The translations under genes and the position numbers were made by a program. From the NCBI GenBank assembly GCA_012728835.1, contig JAAYEJ010000045.1:36475-100474 (forward strand): a stretch of DNA of 64,000 bases. Direction: 5' to 3'. Within the stretch, counting starts at the first letter, position 1. Every line of letters starts with the position of its first letter. Shown piece after piece: positions 55,782 through 64,000 of this stretch. This DNA is from Candidatus Brocadiaceae bacterium (GTDB lineage: Bacteria > Planctomycetota > Brocadiia > SM23-32). Under the pieces are notes generated by a model that saw nothing but the letters and a program-made list of their open reading frames with translations, searched no databases and had not been told where the DNA came from.

Positions 55782-57056
55782 ATGAAACGGGCAGTCTGCG
55801 TGATACTGGCGATCGGTCTGGCTGCCGCCGCAGCGGCGGCCCAGCAGGGGACGGCCGCCCCCGTCGTGGGGGAGGTCAAGATCCCCGTGCGCCACTACAA
55901 GAGCCTGTCGCCCAACGTCGTCTACCGCGCCGCACTCGACGGCGTGAACGCCGACGTGCGCTTCCGCGACGCGTACGCGGGCCGGGCCGACGTGCCCGCG
56001 GGGCTCGGCACCGTCAGGGCCCGGGGCGGCGACCATCCCGTCGCCGTCGCCTTCCGCACCCAGGCCGGACTGCTGTGCCTGGTGCCGTCCACCGGCCTGG
56101 AGGCCCTGCGGAACCTGTTCCGCCTGCCGCCGCAGCAGCCGCTGACGCCGCAGGTGCTCCGAGGCCCCCTGGCCGTGAACGCAGGCCAGCAGATCACGGT
56201 CGAAGGCGCCCTGGTCGGCAAGGGAACCGCTCAGAAGCTGGTGCTGGTCGACTCCGTGTTCACCTACGACGCCCAGGTCCCCGAGGTCCAGCGCGAGGTG
56301 GAGCTGCTCTGGCAGGGCGCGACTGCGCCCTTCGTGATCGACCGGCCCGGCCGTGTGGCCGTCTCCGTGCCGTGCGCGGCCGTGCCGGGGCAGACGGTCG
56401 AGGCCGCCGTCACCGTTGAGGCCCTGTCGCCCGATGCGCTCCTGGACCGCCTGGCCGCGGTCACGGCCGTCCGCGAGGGCCGGCCCGGCACGCGGAAGGC
56501 CTACGGGCAGTACGACGCCAACACCGTCTACCGCCATGCGTCGGCCGACAACCCCGTCAACGTGGACTTCACGGACACCGTCTCGGGCGTCTTTCGCACG
56601 GGCCTGCCTCGCGAACTCCTGACGGTCAGGGCGCTGCGCAACGACATGCTGGTCGACCTGCCGACCGGTCTCGCCTTCGAGGTGGCCAGCCAGGTGGTCT
56701 GCCTGGTGCCGTCGGACATGCCCACGCCGCTGGCGCGCGCATCCACGGCCGTCCCGGGCGAACGCGTGCGGATCCGCGGCACCACGGCCGGCCGCCGGGG
56801 CGGCTACTCGATCGTGTCGGTGGACTACGTGGGCTTCCCGGAGCAGGATGCGGAGGCTCGCGACGCCTGGCTGGTCCGGTTGGAGTGGCCGGGCACGCGG
56901 CCGAGGGAGTTCTGGGACTTCGGCCTCTACCGGCTCAGCGACCTGCCGTGTCCGGGCGCGCCGGCCCGCACGCAGGCGCTCCAGGTGTTCCTCAGCGAGT
57001 TCCGGCGGCTGGAGGTCGCCGTGCCGGTCCCTGCCGGGGCCGGCGCCGGGGGCTGA
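55782..57056 (+). CDS. secreted hypothetical protein with internal two-fold domain duplication
   Basis: Signal peptide MKRAVCVILAIGLAAAAAAAQ. Repeated LCLVPSTG / VCLVPSDM-containing modules. Confidence 0.55.
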   Translation: MKRAVCVILAIGLAAAAAAAQQGTAAPVVGEVKIPVRHYKSLSPNVVYRAALDGVNADVRFRDAYAGRADVPAGLGTVRARGGDHPVAVAFRTQAGLLCLVPSTGLEALRNLFRLPPQQPLTPQVLRGPLAVNAGQQITVEGALVGKGTAQKLVLVDSVFTYDAQVPEVQREVELLWQGATAPFVIDRPGRVAVSVPCAAVPGQTVEAAVTVEALSPDALLDRLAAVTAVREGRPGTRKAYGQYDANTVYRHASADNPVNVDFTDTVSGVFRTGLPRELLTVRALRNDMLVDLPTGLAFEVASQVVCLVPSDMPTPLARASTAVPGERVRIRGTTAGRRGGYSIVSVDYVGFPEQDAEARDAWLVRLEWPGTRPREFWDFGLYRLSDLPCPGAPARTQALQVFLSEFRRLEVAVPVPAGAGAGG

Positions 57057-57066
57057 GGGCGCCCGC

Positions 57067-57672
57067 TCAGGACTGCGCGTCGGCGGCCAGTTCCCTGCCG
57101 CGCGCCATGGCGCGTTCGTTGAGGTCCAGCAGTTCCGGGCGCCGGCGGCCCAGCAGTTGGGCCATTGCGGCCTGGCATGCCTCGAGCCCGACCAGTTGCG
57201 TCAGGCGCAGGAGCGCGCCGAGCATGATGACGTTCGCGACGCGGACGTCGCCCATCTCGGCGGCGATCTCGGTGGCCGGCAGGCGCACGAGCCGCCGGGC
57301 GGCCCCCGCGCCGTCCGGGCCGACCACGACCGTCGAGGCGTTCACCAGCATCAGGCCGTCCGGCCTGAGCAGGGGCGCGAAGCGGTCGTAGGAGGGCTGG
57401 CTGAGGACCACGAGGGTGTCCGCCTGCTCCACCACGGGGCTGTAGATCGTGCCCGTGCCGATGACGATCTGGCAGTTCGCCGTGCCGCCGCGTACTTCCG
57501 CTCCGTAGGACTGCATGTAGGTGACGTTCTTGCCCTCATGCATGGCGGCGGTGCAGAGCAGCTTGCCCAGCGTCATGATGCCCTGGCCGCCGAAGCCGGC
57601 CACGATCAACCTGCATTCGTCCGTCTCGGGTAGAACGGCCACGTGCGGGAACCTCCAGTGGGGGCGGCTCAC
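57067..57672 (-). CDS. 2-oxoacid:ferredoxin oxidoreductase, gamma subunit
   Basis: IVAGFGGQG motif. GTGA start/stop overlap with the beta subunit. Confidence 0.8.
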   Translation of the reverse strand: MSRPHWRFPHVAVLPETDECRLIVAGFGGQGIMTLGKLLCTAAMHEGKNVTYMQSYGAEVRGGTANCQIVIGTGTIYSPVVEQADTLVVLSQPSYDRFAPLLRPDGLMLVNASTVVVGPDGAGAARRLVRLPATEIAAEMGDVRVANVIMLGALLRLTQLVGLEACQAAMAQLLGRRRPELLDLNERAMARGRELAADAQS

Positions 57673-58442
57673 TGCCCGGCCTTCACGTCGCGGATGATCC
57701 CGACGGGGAAGGTCTTCGTCAACTCATCCTGAACGTAACGGCATGCCTCGGCCGGCGTCATGCGCCAGTAGGTCGGACAGGGCGAGAGCACTTCGATCAG
57801 GGCGAACCCGACCCCGTCCATCTGGTAGCGGAAGGCCTTCTTCAGCAGGGCCTTGGTCCGGCGGATGCTGGACGGGTCGGCCAGCATGGTGCGCGCCAGC
57901 AGGGCCGGAGCGTCCAGCCGGTCCAGGAGTTCGCAGACGCGGATGGGGTAGCCCATCTCCACGTCGCGGCCCCGCGGGCTGGTCGTCGTCTTCTGGCCGA
58001 TCAGAGTCGTCGGCGCCATCTGGCCCTGGGTCATGGCGTACACGGTGTTGTTGATGAAGATCACGGTGATCTTCTCGCCCCGGTTGGCGGCGTGGATGGT
58101 CTCGGCCATGCCGATCGAGGCCAGGTCGCCGTCGCCCTGGTAGGTGAAGACCACCTTATCCGGATGAATGCGCTTGATGGCCGTGGCCACCGCGGGGGGG
58201 CGGCCGTGCGCCGCCTCGCTCCAGTCGATGTCCACGTAGTCATAGGCCAGCACGGCACAGCCGACGGGGGCGATGCCGATGGTCCGCTCGCGGATGTCCA
58301 GCTCGGCGAGCAACTCGGCCAGCAGGCGGTGCATGATGCCGTGGCCGCAGCCGGCGCAGTAGTGCGTGCTGACGTCCAGAAGCGCCCCGGGGCGCTCGTA
58401 AAGGGCGTCGCGGGCGGTCTTCTGCACATCCTGTGTACTCAT
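57669..58442 (-). CDS. 2-oxoacid:ferredoxin oxidoreductase, beta (TPP-binding) subunit
   Basis: CxGCG and GDGD TPP-binding motifs (HYCAGCGHG, TYQGDGDLASIG). Confidence 0.85.
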   Translation of the reverse strand: MSTQDVQKTARDALYERPGALLDVSTHYCAGCGHGIMHRLLAELLAELDIRERTIGIAPVGCAVLAYDYVDIDWSEAAHGRPPAVATAIKRIHPDKVVFTYQGDGDLASIGMAETIHAANRGEKITVIFINNTVYAMTQGQMAPTTLIGQKTTTSPRGRDVEMGYPIRVCELLDRLDAPALLARTMLADPSSIRRTKALLKKAFRYQMDGVGFALIEVLSPCPTYWRMTPAEACRYVQDELTKTFPVGIIRDVKAGQ

Positions 58443-58461
58443 CTGCCCCTTCCTCCGGGCC

Positions 58462-59526
58462 TCAGGCGAAGAAGTCCTCGATCGCGCGCACGACCTCGGC
58501 GGCGGTCGGCACGCGGCCGCCCATCCGGCCCAGCAGTCTCACGGGCGTGGCGCCGTCAATGGCCAGACGCACGTCCTCGATCAGTTGGCCGGCGCTCAGT
58601 TCCACGCTCAGCACCCCGCGCGCCCCCTGGGCCTGCCGGGCCAGGGCGGCATACGGGAACGGCCAGAGCGTGATCGGCCGGAACAGGGCGACGCTCAGCC
58701 CCAGCGAGGCGGGCGGCTGTTCCACAACCTGGCGACAGATGCGCGCCGGCGTGCCGTAGGCCACCAGCACGACGTCGGCGTCCGGCGGGCCGACCTGCTC
58801 AGAGCGCGTCTCCTCCGCGCAGATGCGGTCATACTTGGCCTGGATGCGCTCGTTCAGCTCGGCCAGGGCGTCCACCGTGTGGCGGTAGGAGCGGATGGTG
58901 TTCCGCGCACGGCCGGGCTCGCCGGTCAGCGCCCAGGGCTTCTCCGGAGGCGACGGGGGCGGCAGGTGGTCGAAGCGCGTCGGCTCCATCATCTGGCCCA
59001 GCAGCCCGTCGCTGAGCACCACGACGGGGTTGCGGTAACGGTCTGCAAGGTCGAACGCGTCGTAGGTCAGGTCGCAGACCTCCTGCACGGACGCCGGCGC
59101 CAGGCAGAGCGTGCGGTAGTCGCCATGGCCGCCGCCGCGCGTGCTCTGGAAGTAGTCGCCCTGGGACGGGGCGATGTTGCCCAGCCCCGGCCCGCCCCGC
59201 TGCACGTTCACGATGACGGCGGGCAGCTCGCTGCCGGCCAGGTAGGAGATGCCTTCCTGCTTCAGGCTGACGCCCGGGCTGCTGGACGAGGTCATCGTCC
59301 GCGCGCCGGCCGCCGATGCGCCGTAGACCATGTTGATGGCCGCCACTTCGCTCTCGGCCTGGATGAAGGTGCCGCCGCGCAGCGGCAACTGGTCCGCCAT
59401 GAAGGCGGTCAGCTCGTTCTGCGGGGTGATCGGATACCCGGCGTAGAGCCGGCAGCCCGCGCGGATGGCCGCCTCGCCCGCCGCTTCGTTGCCGCTGATG
59501 AGAACCCGTCCTTCGTTGTCCTGCAC
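58462..59526 (-). CDS. 2-oxoacid:ferredoxin oxidoreductase, alpha subunit
   Basis: The N-terminal GNEAAGEAAIRAGCRLYAGYPITP block is typical of KorA/PorA. Confidence 0.85.
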   Translation of the reverse strand: MQDNEGRVLISGNEAAGEAAIRAGCRLYAGYPITPQNELTAFMADQLPLRGGTFIQAESEVAAINMVYGASAAGARTMTSSSSPGVSLKQEGISYLAGSELPAVIVNVQRGGPGLGNIAPSQGDYFQSTRGGGHGDYRTLCLAPASVQEVCDLTYDAFDLADRYRNPVVVLSDGLLGQMMEPTRFDHLPPPSPPEKPWALTGEPGRARNTIRSYRHTVDALAELNERIQAKYDRICAEETRSEQVGPPDADVVLVAYGTPARICRQVVEQPPASLGLSVALFRPITLWPFPYAALARQAQGARGVLSVELSAGQLIEDVRLAIDGATPVRLLGRMGGRVPTAAEVVRAIEDFFA

Positions 59527-59558
59527 GGCCTTATCCTATCCTGTTGCAGTGCCGGGGA

Positions 59559-59816
59559 CTATTTCGTCGCGGACGCGTCCGCCTTGCCGGTCCGGCGGCC
59601 GATGCGAAACACCTCCACCGCCGCGTCGGGACAGACCGCCGTGCACCGCAGGCAGCCGGTGCACTCCACGTCGGGCTGGACGACGGCCGCCTGCACGCCG
59701 CGCTTGTTCGGGCGGGGGTCAATGACCAGCTTGCCGTGCTCGCAGAACGCCACGCAGAGGCCGCAGCCCTTGCAGTAGCGCTCCAGGATGATGACCTCGA
59801 ATCGTCTATCTGTCAT
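59559..59816 (-). CDS. 2-oxoacid:ferredoxin oxidoreductase, delta subunit (2x[4Fe-4S] ferredoxin)
   Basis: Two CxxCxxCxxxCP motifs in 85 aa, directly upstream of the alpha subunit. Confidence 0.8.
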   Translation of the reverse strand: MTDRRFEVIILERYCKGCGLCVAFCEHGKLVIDPRPNKRGVQAAVVQPDVECTGCLRCTAVCPDAAVEVFRIGRRTGKADASATK

Positions 59817-60648
59817 AGCGCGGTTGCCCTCTCCAGTCCAACTTGTTCTCCAGCGTGCTGAAGAAGGCGTTCCTTCCCGTTTGAATCAGCTTGAGCGGGC
59901 GGTCCGCCTTGCGCACGCGGACCGCGTCGCCTTCGCGCAGTTCCTCGTTCACCTGGCCGTCTACGGTCAGGCCCGGACGCTCGGCCCACTGCCGCGGCAC
60001 GATGGCCAGCGTCAGGTGCGCGGGCAGCACCAGCGGGCGGTTGCTCAGGGTGTGCGGGCAGATGGGGGCAACGACCATGGCCTCCATGTCCGGGTGCACG
60101 ATGGGACCGCCGGCCGCCAGGCTGTGCGCCGTCGAGCCCACGGGCGTCGCCACGATCAGTCCGTCGGCACGGTAGGTCACCATCGGCTCGCCGCCCACCT
60201 CCAGGTCCAGCGTGATGATGCGCGAGAGCGACGTGCGGCCGACGACCACGTCGTTCAGCCCGACGGTCGAGAGCACCGTTTCGCCGTCCCGCACCAGTTC
60301 GCAGGCCAGCATCATGCGGTCAACCACCAGGCAGCGCCCGTCCAGGACGTCGGCGAGCACGGCCTGACTGCTCTCGGCGTCCGTTTCGGTCAGGAAGCCG
60401 AACTTCCCCAGGTTCACGCCCAACAGCGGTATGCCGTGCGGCGCCAGATCGCGCGCGGCGCGCAGCACGGTGCCGTCGCCGCCGAGCACCAGGGCGAAAT
60501 CGGCCCCGCCGGGCCCGACCGGGACCTCCAGGTCCAGGTCCACACGCACCTCGGCCCGCCGGGCCAGCCAGGGCTCGAGTTCGGCCACGGCCCTGTGGAC
60601 GGCGTCCTTGGCGCGGTTTCCGACGATGATGACCTTCTTCGGTGCCAT
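59806..60648 (-). CDS. nadK: NAD(+) kinase
   Basis: GGDGT motif (LVLGGDGTVLRAA) and conserved NadK C-terminal region. Confidence 0.85.
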   Translation of the reverse strand: MAPKKVIIVGNRAKDAVHRAVAELEPWLARRAEVRVDLDLEVPVGPGGADFALVLGGDGTVLRAARDLAPHGIPLLGVNLGKFGFLTETDAESSQAVLADVLDGRCLVVDRMMLACELVRDGETVLSTVGLNDVVVGRTSLSRIITLDLEVGGEPMVTYRADGLIVATPVGSTAHSLAAGGPIVHPDMEAMVVAPICPHTLSNRPLVLPAHLTLAIVPRQWAERPGLTVDGQVNEELREGDAVRVRKADRPLKLIQTGRNAFFSTLENKLDWRGQPRYDR

Positions 60649-60669
60649 CGGCTCTCGCAGGGACGCCGC

Positions 60670-60936
60670 CTACTGCGCCGGCCCCTCGAACGGCTCCTCC
60701 TTCAGGTCTCCGTCGAGCGTCTCCACCAGCTTGCGGACCTTCAGCTCGGCCTCTCCCAGCAACGTCTGGCAGCGCTGGAAGGCGGCAATCCCTTCCTCGT
60801 ACAGCCGCAGCGACTCGTCGAGGGTCAGGTTGCCCTCCTCGAGGCGTCGCACGATCTCCTCCAGCTTCCGGAGGGCCTCCTCGAAGGTCGGCGCCGCGTC
60901 CTCGGACGCCTGGCGGGCGCTCTCGTCGTCAGCCAT
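60670..60936 (-). CDS. xseB: exodeoxyribonuclease VII small subunit
   Basis: FEEALRKLEEIVRRLEEGNLTLDESLRLYEEG is the canonical XseB helix. The start is at the internal MADDES. Confidence 0.75.
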   Translation of the reverse strand: MADDESARQASEDAAPTFEEALRKLEEIVRRLEEGNLTLDESLRLYEEGIAAFQRCQTLLGEAELKVRKLVETLDGDLKEEPFEGPAQ

Positions 60937-61201
60937 CGGGAACCCCGGTCCTGGAGTGAACGCAGCCCGCCGGCATGTCCGCCGCCACACGCGGGCTCGT
61001 CGCCATTATAGTGTACGGCCCGGGGGCAATGGAAGCTCCCCCTTCACCGTCCCGGTGCCGGCAGGTCCGGTGGAGGGCCGGCGAGCACGTCCGGCCCGAT
61101 TGCGCGGGGTGGCCGTTTGCGGTAACATGGCCGTTGTGGCGCCGGCGGCACGGCGGGGGCGTCCGGGGCGTGCGGAGAGCCATTTGCAGGGAGGCGCTGG
61201 G

Positions 61202-61684
61202 ATGCCTGAACTGTTCTCGGCAAAGGAGCTGATCGAGGTGGCCATCCGGGAGGAGCATACCGGGGCCGTCTACTACCGGGCCGTGGCCGAGGCCGCGGGA
61301 ACGGACGAACTGGCGGCGTTCGCCATGACCGTGGCCCACATGGAGGACGAGCACGAGGCCGAGTTCCGGTCGCTGCTGGAGAGCCTGGGGCCGCCGCGGC
61401 CGCCGGCGGAGTCCTACGAGGGCGAGTACGGGGCCTACATGGCCTATCTGCTGGAGGGCCGCATCTTTCCGACCGGGCGGGACGGGGTCGAACTGGCCCG
61501 AAACCAGCCCGACGACCGGTCGGCCGTCGAGACGGCCCTGGAGCTGGAGCGCAACACGCTCCTGTTCTACCACGAGATGCTGCCGTTCGTGCCCGAAGAG
61601 CACCATGACCTGCTCAACGGCATCATTGCGGAGGAGCGACAGCACGTGACGGACCTGGCCCGCTACCACCAGAGGCACTTCTGA
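61202..61684 (+). CDS. rubrerythrin/ferritin-like diiron-domain protein
   Basis: Two E..H-type motifs (EEHTGAVYY, EDEHEAEF; ELERNTLLFYHEM, EERQHV). Confidence 0.6.
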   Translation: MPELFSAKELIEVAIREEHTGAVYYRAVAEAAGTDELAAFAMTVAHMEDEHEAEFRSLLESLGPPRPPAESYEGEYGAYMAYLLEGRIFPTGRDGVELARNQPDDRSAVETALELERNTLLFYHEMLPFVPEEHHDLLNGIIAEERQHVTDLARYHQRHF

Positions 61685-61967
61685 ACGTCGTTGCGGAAGT
61701 CGCGGCGGGCTCGAGGGAGTCCGCAACGTCCTCAACGGCCGCCGGTTCCGTCAGGGGGGCCGCCTGGGCGTCCATGTGCCCGGCGATGCGTTCCAGCGCG
61801 TCGCGGATCTGCGTCAGCAGCTCCTGCCGGTCGTCCGCAACGGCCCGCATCTGCTCCACGTGCCGGTCGTTCAGGGCGGCCTGCAGGCTCGCGCGGACGG
61901 ACACGACGGTGGCGAAGAAGGCCAGGATCAGGCAGATGAGCCATCCCATCATCTGAGTCGTGTTCAT
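61623..61967 (-). CDS. small membrane-anchored protein translationally coupled (ATGA) to the upstream ABC exporter
   Basis: AAGGGGAGA RBS. TM MMGWLICLILAFFATVVSV followed by a short coiled coil. Confidence 0.5.
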   Translation of the reverse strand: MNTTQMMGWLICLILAFFATVVSVRASLQAALNDRHVEQMRAVADDRQELLTQIRDALERIAGHMDAQAAPLTEPAAVEDVADSLEPAATSATTFRSASGGSGPGPSRAVAPPQ

Positions 61968-63964
61968 TTCGTCTCCCCTTCCTGTGGAATTCGGGCGGGC
62001 GGGGCCTGCACGGGGGCTCCGGGGCCGTCCGCACTGGCGAACTGCATGCGACAGAGCCGGAAGTACTCGCCCTGCAGGGCCAGCAGTTCCTCGTGCGTGC
62101 CCTGTTCCACGATCCGGCCGCGGTGGAGGACCACGATGCGGTCGGCATGGCGCACCGTGGACAGGCGGTGGGCAATGACCAGCGTCGTGCGGCCCTCCAT
62201 GAGCGTCCCGAGCGCCTTCTGGACGAGCATCTCGGACTCGGCGTCCAGGCTCGACGTCGCTTCGTCCAGGATCAGGATGGGGGCGTTCTTCAGCAGGGCA
62301 CGGGCGATGGTGATGCACTGCCGCTGGCCGCCCGAGAAGCGGTCGCCGGCCTCCCCGGCGACCGTCTCATAGCCCTCCGGCAGGCCGCGGATGAACGCGT
62401 CGATATTGGCGGCGGCCGCCGCCTGGCGCACCTCCTCGTCGTCGGCGCCCGGCTTCCCGTAGCGGATGTTCTCGGCGATGGAGCGGTTGAACAGGAACGG
62501 ATGCTGCCCCACGATGGCGATCTGATCCATCAGGCTGTGGCGGCCCACATGGCGCACGTCGATGCCGCCGACCAGCACGGCGCCGTCGGTGACGTCGTAG
62601 AAACGGGGGATCAGGTCCAGCAGGGTGCTCTTGCCGGCCCCGGTCTCGCCGACGATGGCGTAGGTCTTGCCGGCCGGCACGAAGAGGCAGATGTCCTTCA
62701 GAACGGGTTCGTCGCCGTATGAGAACCAGACGTTGCGGTACTCGATGCCGTTGCCGACCGAGTCCAGGTCCACCGCGTCGGGGGCATCGCGGATGTCCGG
62801 TTCGGAGTCGACGATCTCGAACAGGCGGTTGACGCTGGCCGTGCTGCGCTGGAGCGAGTTGTAGGCCTTGACGATGCGGCGCACCCGGCCCTCGATCAGG
62901 CCCAGCGCGATGATGCAGCCGAGGGCCTCCTTCAGCTGCAGGCCGCGGTTGGCGACCAGCCAGTCGGCCACCATGAGCACCAGCGTCGTGGCCAGGACGC
63001 CTCCCAGGAAGTGCGGCAGCACGCCGGCCCAGGCCTCGCTGCGGACGAGCTTGAGGGCCCGCTGCACCTGGGCATGGTTCCGCGTCCGGAACTCCTCGCG
63101 CTCCGCCGTCTCCATGTGGAAGGCCTTGACCACGCGGATGCCGTTGAGCATCTGTGTGACGGCATCGGTCACATCGGCCAGCCTTTCCAGCATCTTGCCG
63201 GCTCGGCGCCGGATGCGGGAGCCGAAGCGGCTGATGACGAAGATGAACGGCGGGGCGGTCAGCGACGAGATCAGGGCCAGTTCGGGGCTGTACCACAGGG
63301 CCAGGCCAATGAACATGACCAGCATGAGCGGGTCCATGATGATCTTGCTGAAGATCACGCCGAGCGCCGTCTCGGTGCGGCTGATGTCGTTCGTGAGGCG
63401 GCTGACGATGTCGCCCGTGCGGTGGCGCGCGAAGTAGCTCAGGGACAGATCGCTGAGGCGGTCGAAGACGGCCACGCGCATGTCCGCAAGCACGTTCCAG
63501 ACCACGCGCCCGCTCAGGTACTCCTGCAGGAAGCCCGCCGCCAGGAACGGCGGGCCGATGGCGAACAGCAGCACGAGGGCGATGCGTGTCAGGCTCAGAT
63601 CATCCAGGAGCCAGGCGGAGACCCTCCGCACGATGGGCAGGCCCAGGAACCACTCCTTCGTCTTCTCCCTCAGGCCGGTGAAGGCCGGCTCCTGCGCGCC
63701 GTCGTGCCCGTCTTCCTCCGGCATGGGCGCGACCTCCGCCGGGACGACGGGCTCCGCGATCCGATCCGCCTGGACCGCCTGTGCGGGGGCGCCGTCGCTC
63801 CGGAATGCGTCGATCAGCGGATGGATCAGCAGCACCGCGCAGAGGGCGGCGGCCGAGTAGACCATCATGCAGCAGAGCGCCAGCACGATGGTCCGCCAGT
63901 AGGCGAACCCGTAGCGGTAGAAGCGCAGGAGATTCCTGTAGCTCTGTCCGGCACGTTCACGCAT
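61964..63964 (-). CDS. ABC exporter, fused permease/ATPase (MsbA-like) with about 60-aa periplasmic insertion
   Basis: Six-TM exporter domain. Walker A GETGAGKST, signature FSGGQRQCITIARAL and Walker B ILILDEATS. Confidence 0.85.
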   Translation of the reverse strand: MRERAGQSYRNLLRFYRYGFAYWRTIVLALCCMMVYSAAALCAVLLIHPLIDAFRSDGAPAQAVQADRIAEPVVPAEVAPMPEEDGHDGAQEPAFTGLREKTKEWFLGLPIVRRVSAWLLDDLSLTRIALVLLFAIGPPFLAAGFLQEYLSGRVVWNVLADMRVAVFDRLSDLSLSYFARHRTGDIVSRLTNDISRTETALGVIFSKIIMDPLMLVMFIGLALWYSPELALISSLTAPPFIFVISRFGSRIRRRAGKMLERLADVTDAVTQMLNGIRVVKAFHMETAEREEFRTRNHAQVQRALKLVRSEAWAGVLPHFLGGVLATTLVLMVADWLVANRGLQLKEALGCIIALGLIEGRVRRIVKAYNSLQRSTASVNRLFEIVDSEPDIRDAPDAVDLDSVGNGIEYRNVWFSYGDEPVLKDICLFVPAGKTYAIVGETGAGKSTLLDLIPRFYDVTDGAVLVGGIDVRHVGRHSLMDQIAIVGQHPFLFNRSIAENIRYGKPGADDEEVRQAAAAANIDAFIRGLPEGYETVAGEAGDRFSGGQRQCITIARALLKNAPILILDEATSSLDAESEMLVQKALGTLMEGRTTLVIAHRLSTVRHADRIVVLHRGRIVEQGTHEELLALQGEYFRLCRMQFASADGPGAPVQAPPARIPQEGETK

Positions 63965-64000
63965 CGGGACGATGACCTGACAAGGTGACGCAGAAAGAGA

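Noticed and set aside
61964-63988. Multiple + strand ORFs (62093..62722, 63011..63988 and others) over the ABC exporter
   Set aside because: Antisense shadows of a gene with unambiguous Walker A/B and signature motifs.
1-64000. CRISPR arrays, rRNA genes, intact prophage or intact transposase
   Set aside because: No regularly spaced short direct repeats, no rRNA-like conserved blocks, and only truncated transposase or recombinase fragments were found.

Overview
This is a high-GC (about 68-70%) bacterial chromosomal segment that is densely coded on both strands. I count roughly 60 protein genes, one tRNA-Arg(CCG), no rRNA and no CRISPR array. The gene content suggests an anaerobic member of the Planctomycetota or a similar lineage. 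The supporting features are a 'LEPRLLLS' N-terminal motif on a large Gly-rich repeat protein, a formylglycine-type sulfatase, paralogous Gfo/Idh/MocA oxidoreductases, a GH9 glycosidase, and MshEN-type GspE/PilB ATPases. The anaerobic markers are the hybrid cluster protein Hcp, a four-subunit 2-oxoacid:ferredoxin oxidoreductase, a rubrerythrin-like protein and an HgdC-type activase. Recognisable housekeeping genes include galK, uvrD/pcrA-type helicase, thrC, thiC, nadA, nadK, xseB, lptB, pilT and two S41 C-terminal processing proteases. The most interesting content falls into four groups. (1) A co-directional DtxR - J-domain - Mrp/ApbC - tandem (ferredoxin-MinD)x2 - DUF89 cluster at 18.3-23.1 kb. 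It looks like an uncharacterised, metal-regulated Fe-S or metallocofactor trafficking module. (2) An accessory stretch at 27.1-33.5 kb ending at tRNA-Arg. It contains decayed mobile-element remnants (an ISL3 transposase tail and two copies of a serine-recombinase 3' end forming roughly 95-bp direct repeats), a NYN-domain gene, a consensus-promoter/terminator small-RNA candidate, a GT-C membrane glycosyltransferase and the repeat protein. (3) An IS1380-family transposase stub between two Gfo/Idh/MocA paralogs. (4) A PilB-PilT-PilB ATPase-only cluster with c-di-GMP-type MshEN motifs, and a truncated MNT toxin-antitoxin remnant. Several very long ORFs in the supplied track are GC-skew shadow ORFs antisense to, or out of frame with, real genes. 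I rejected those.
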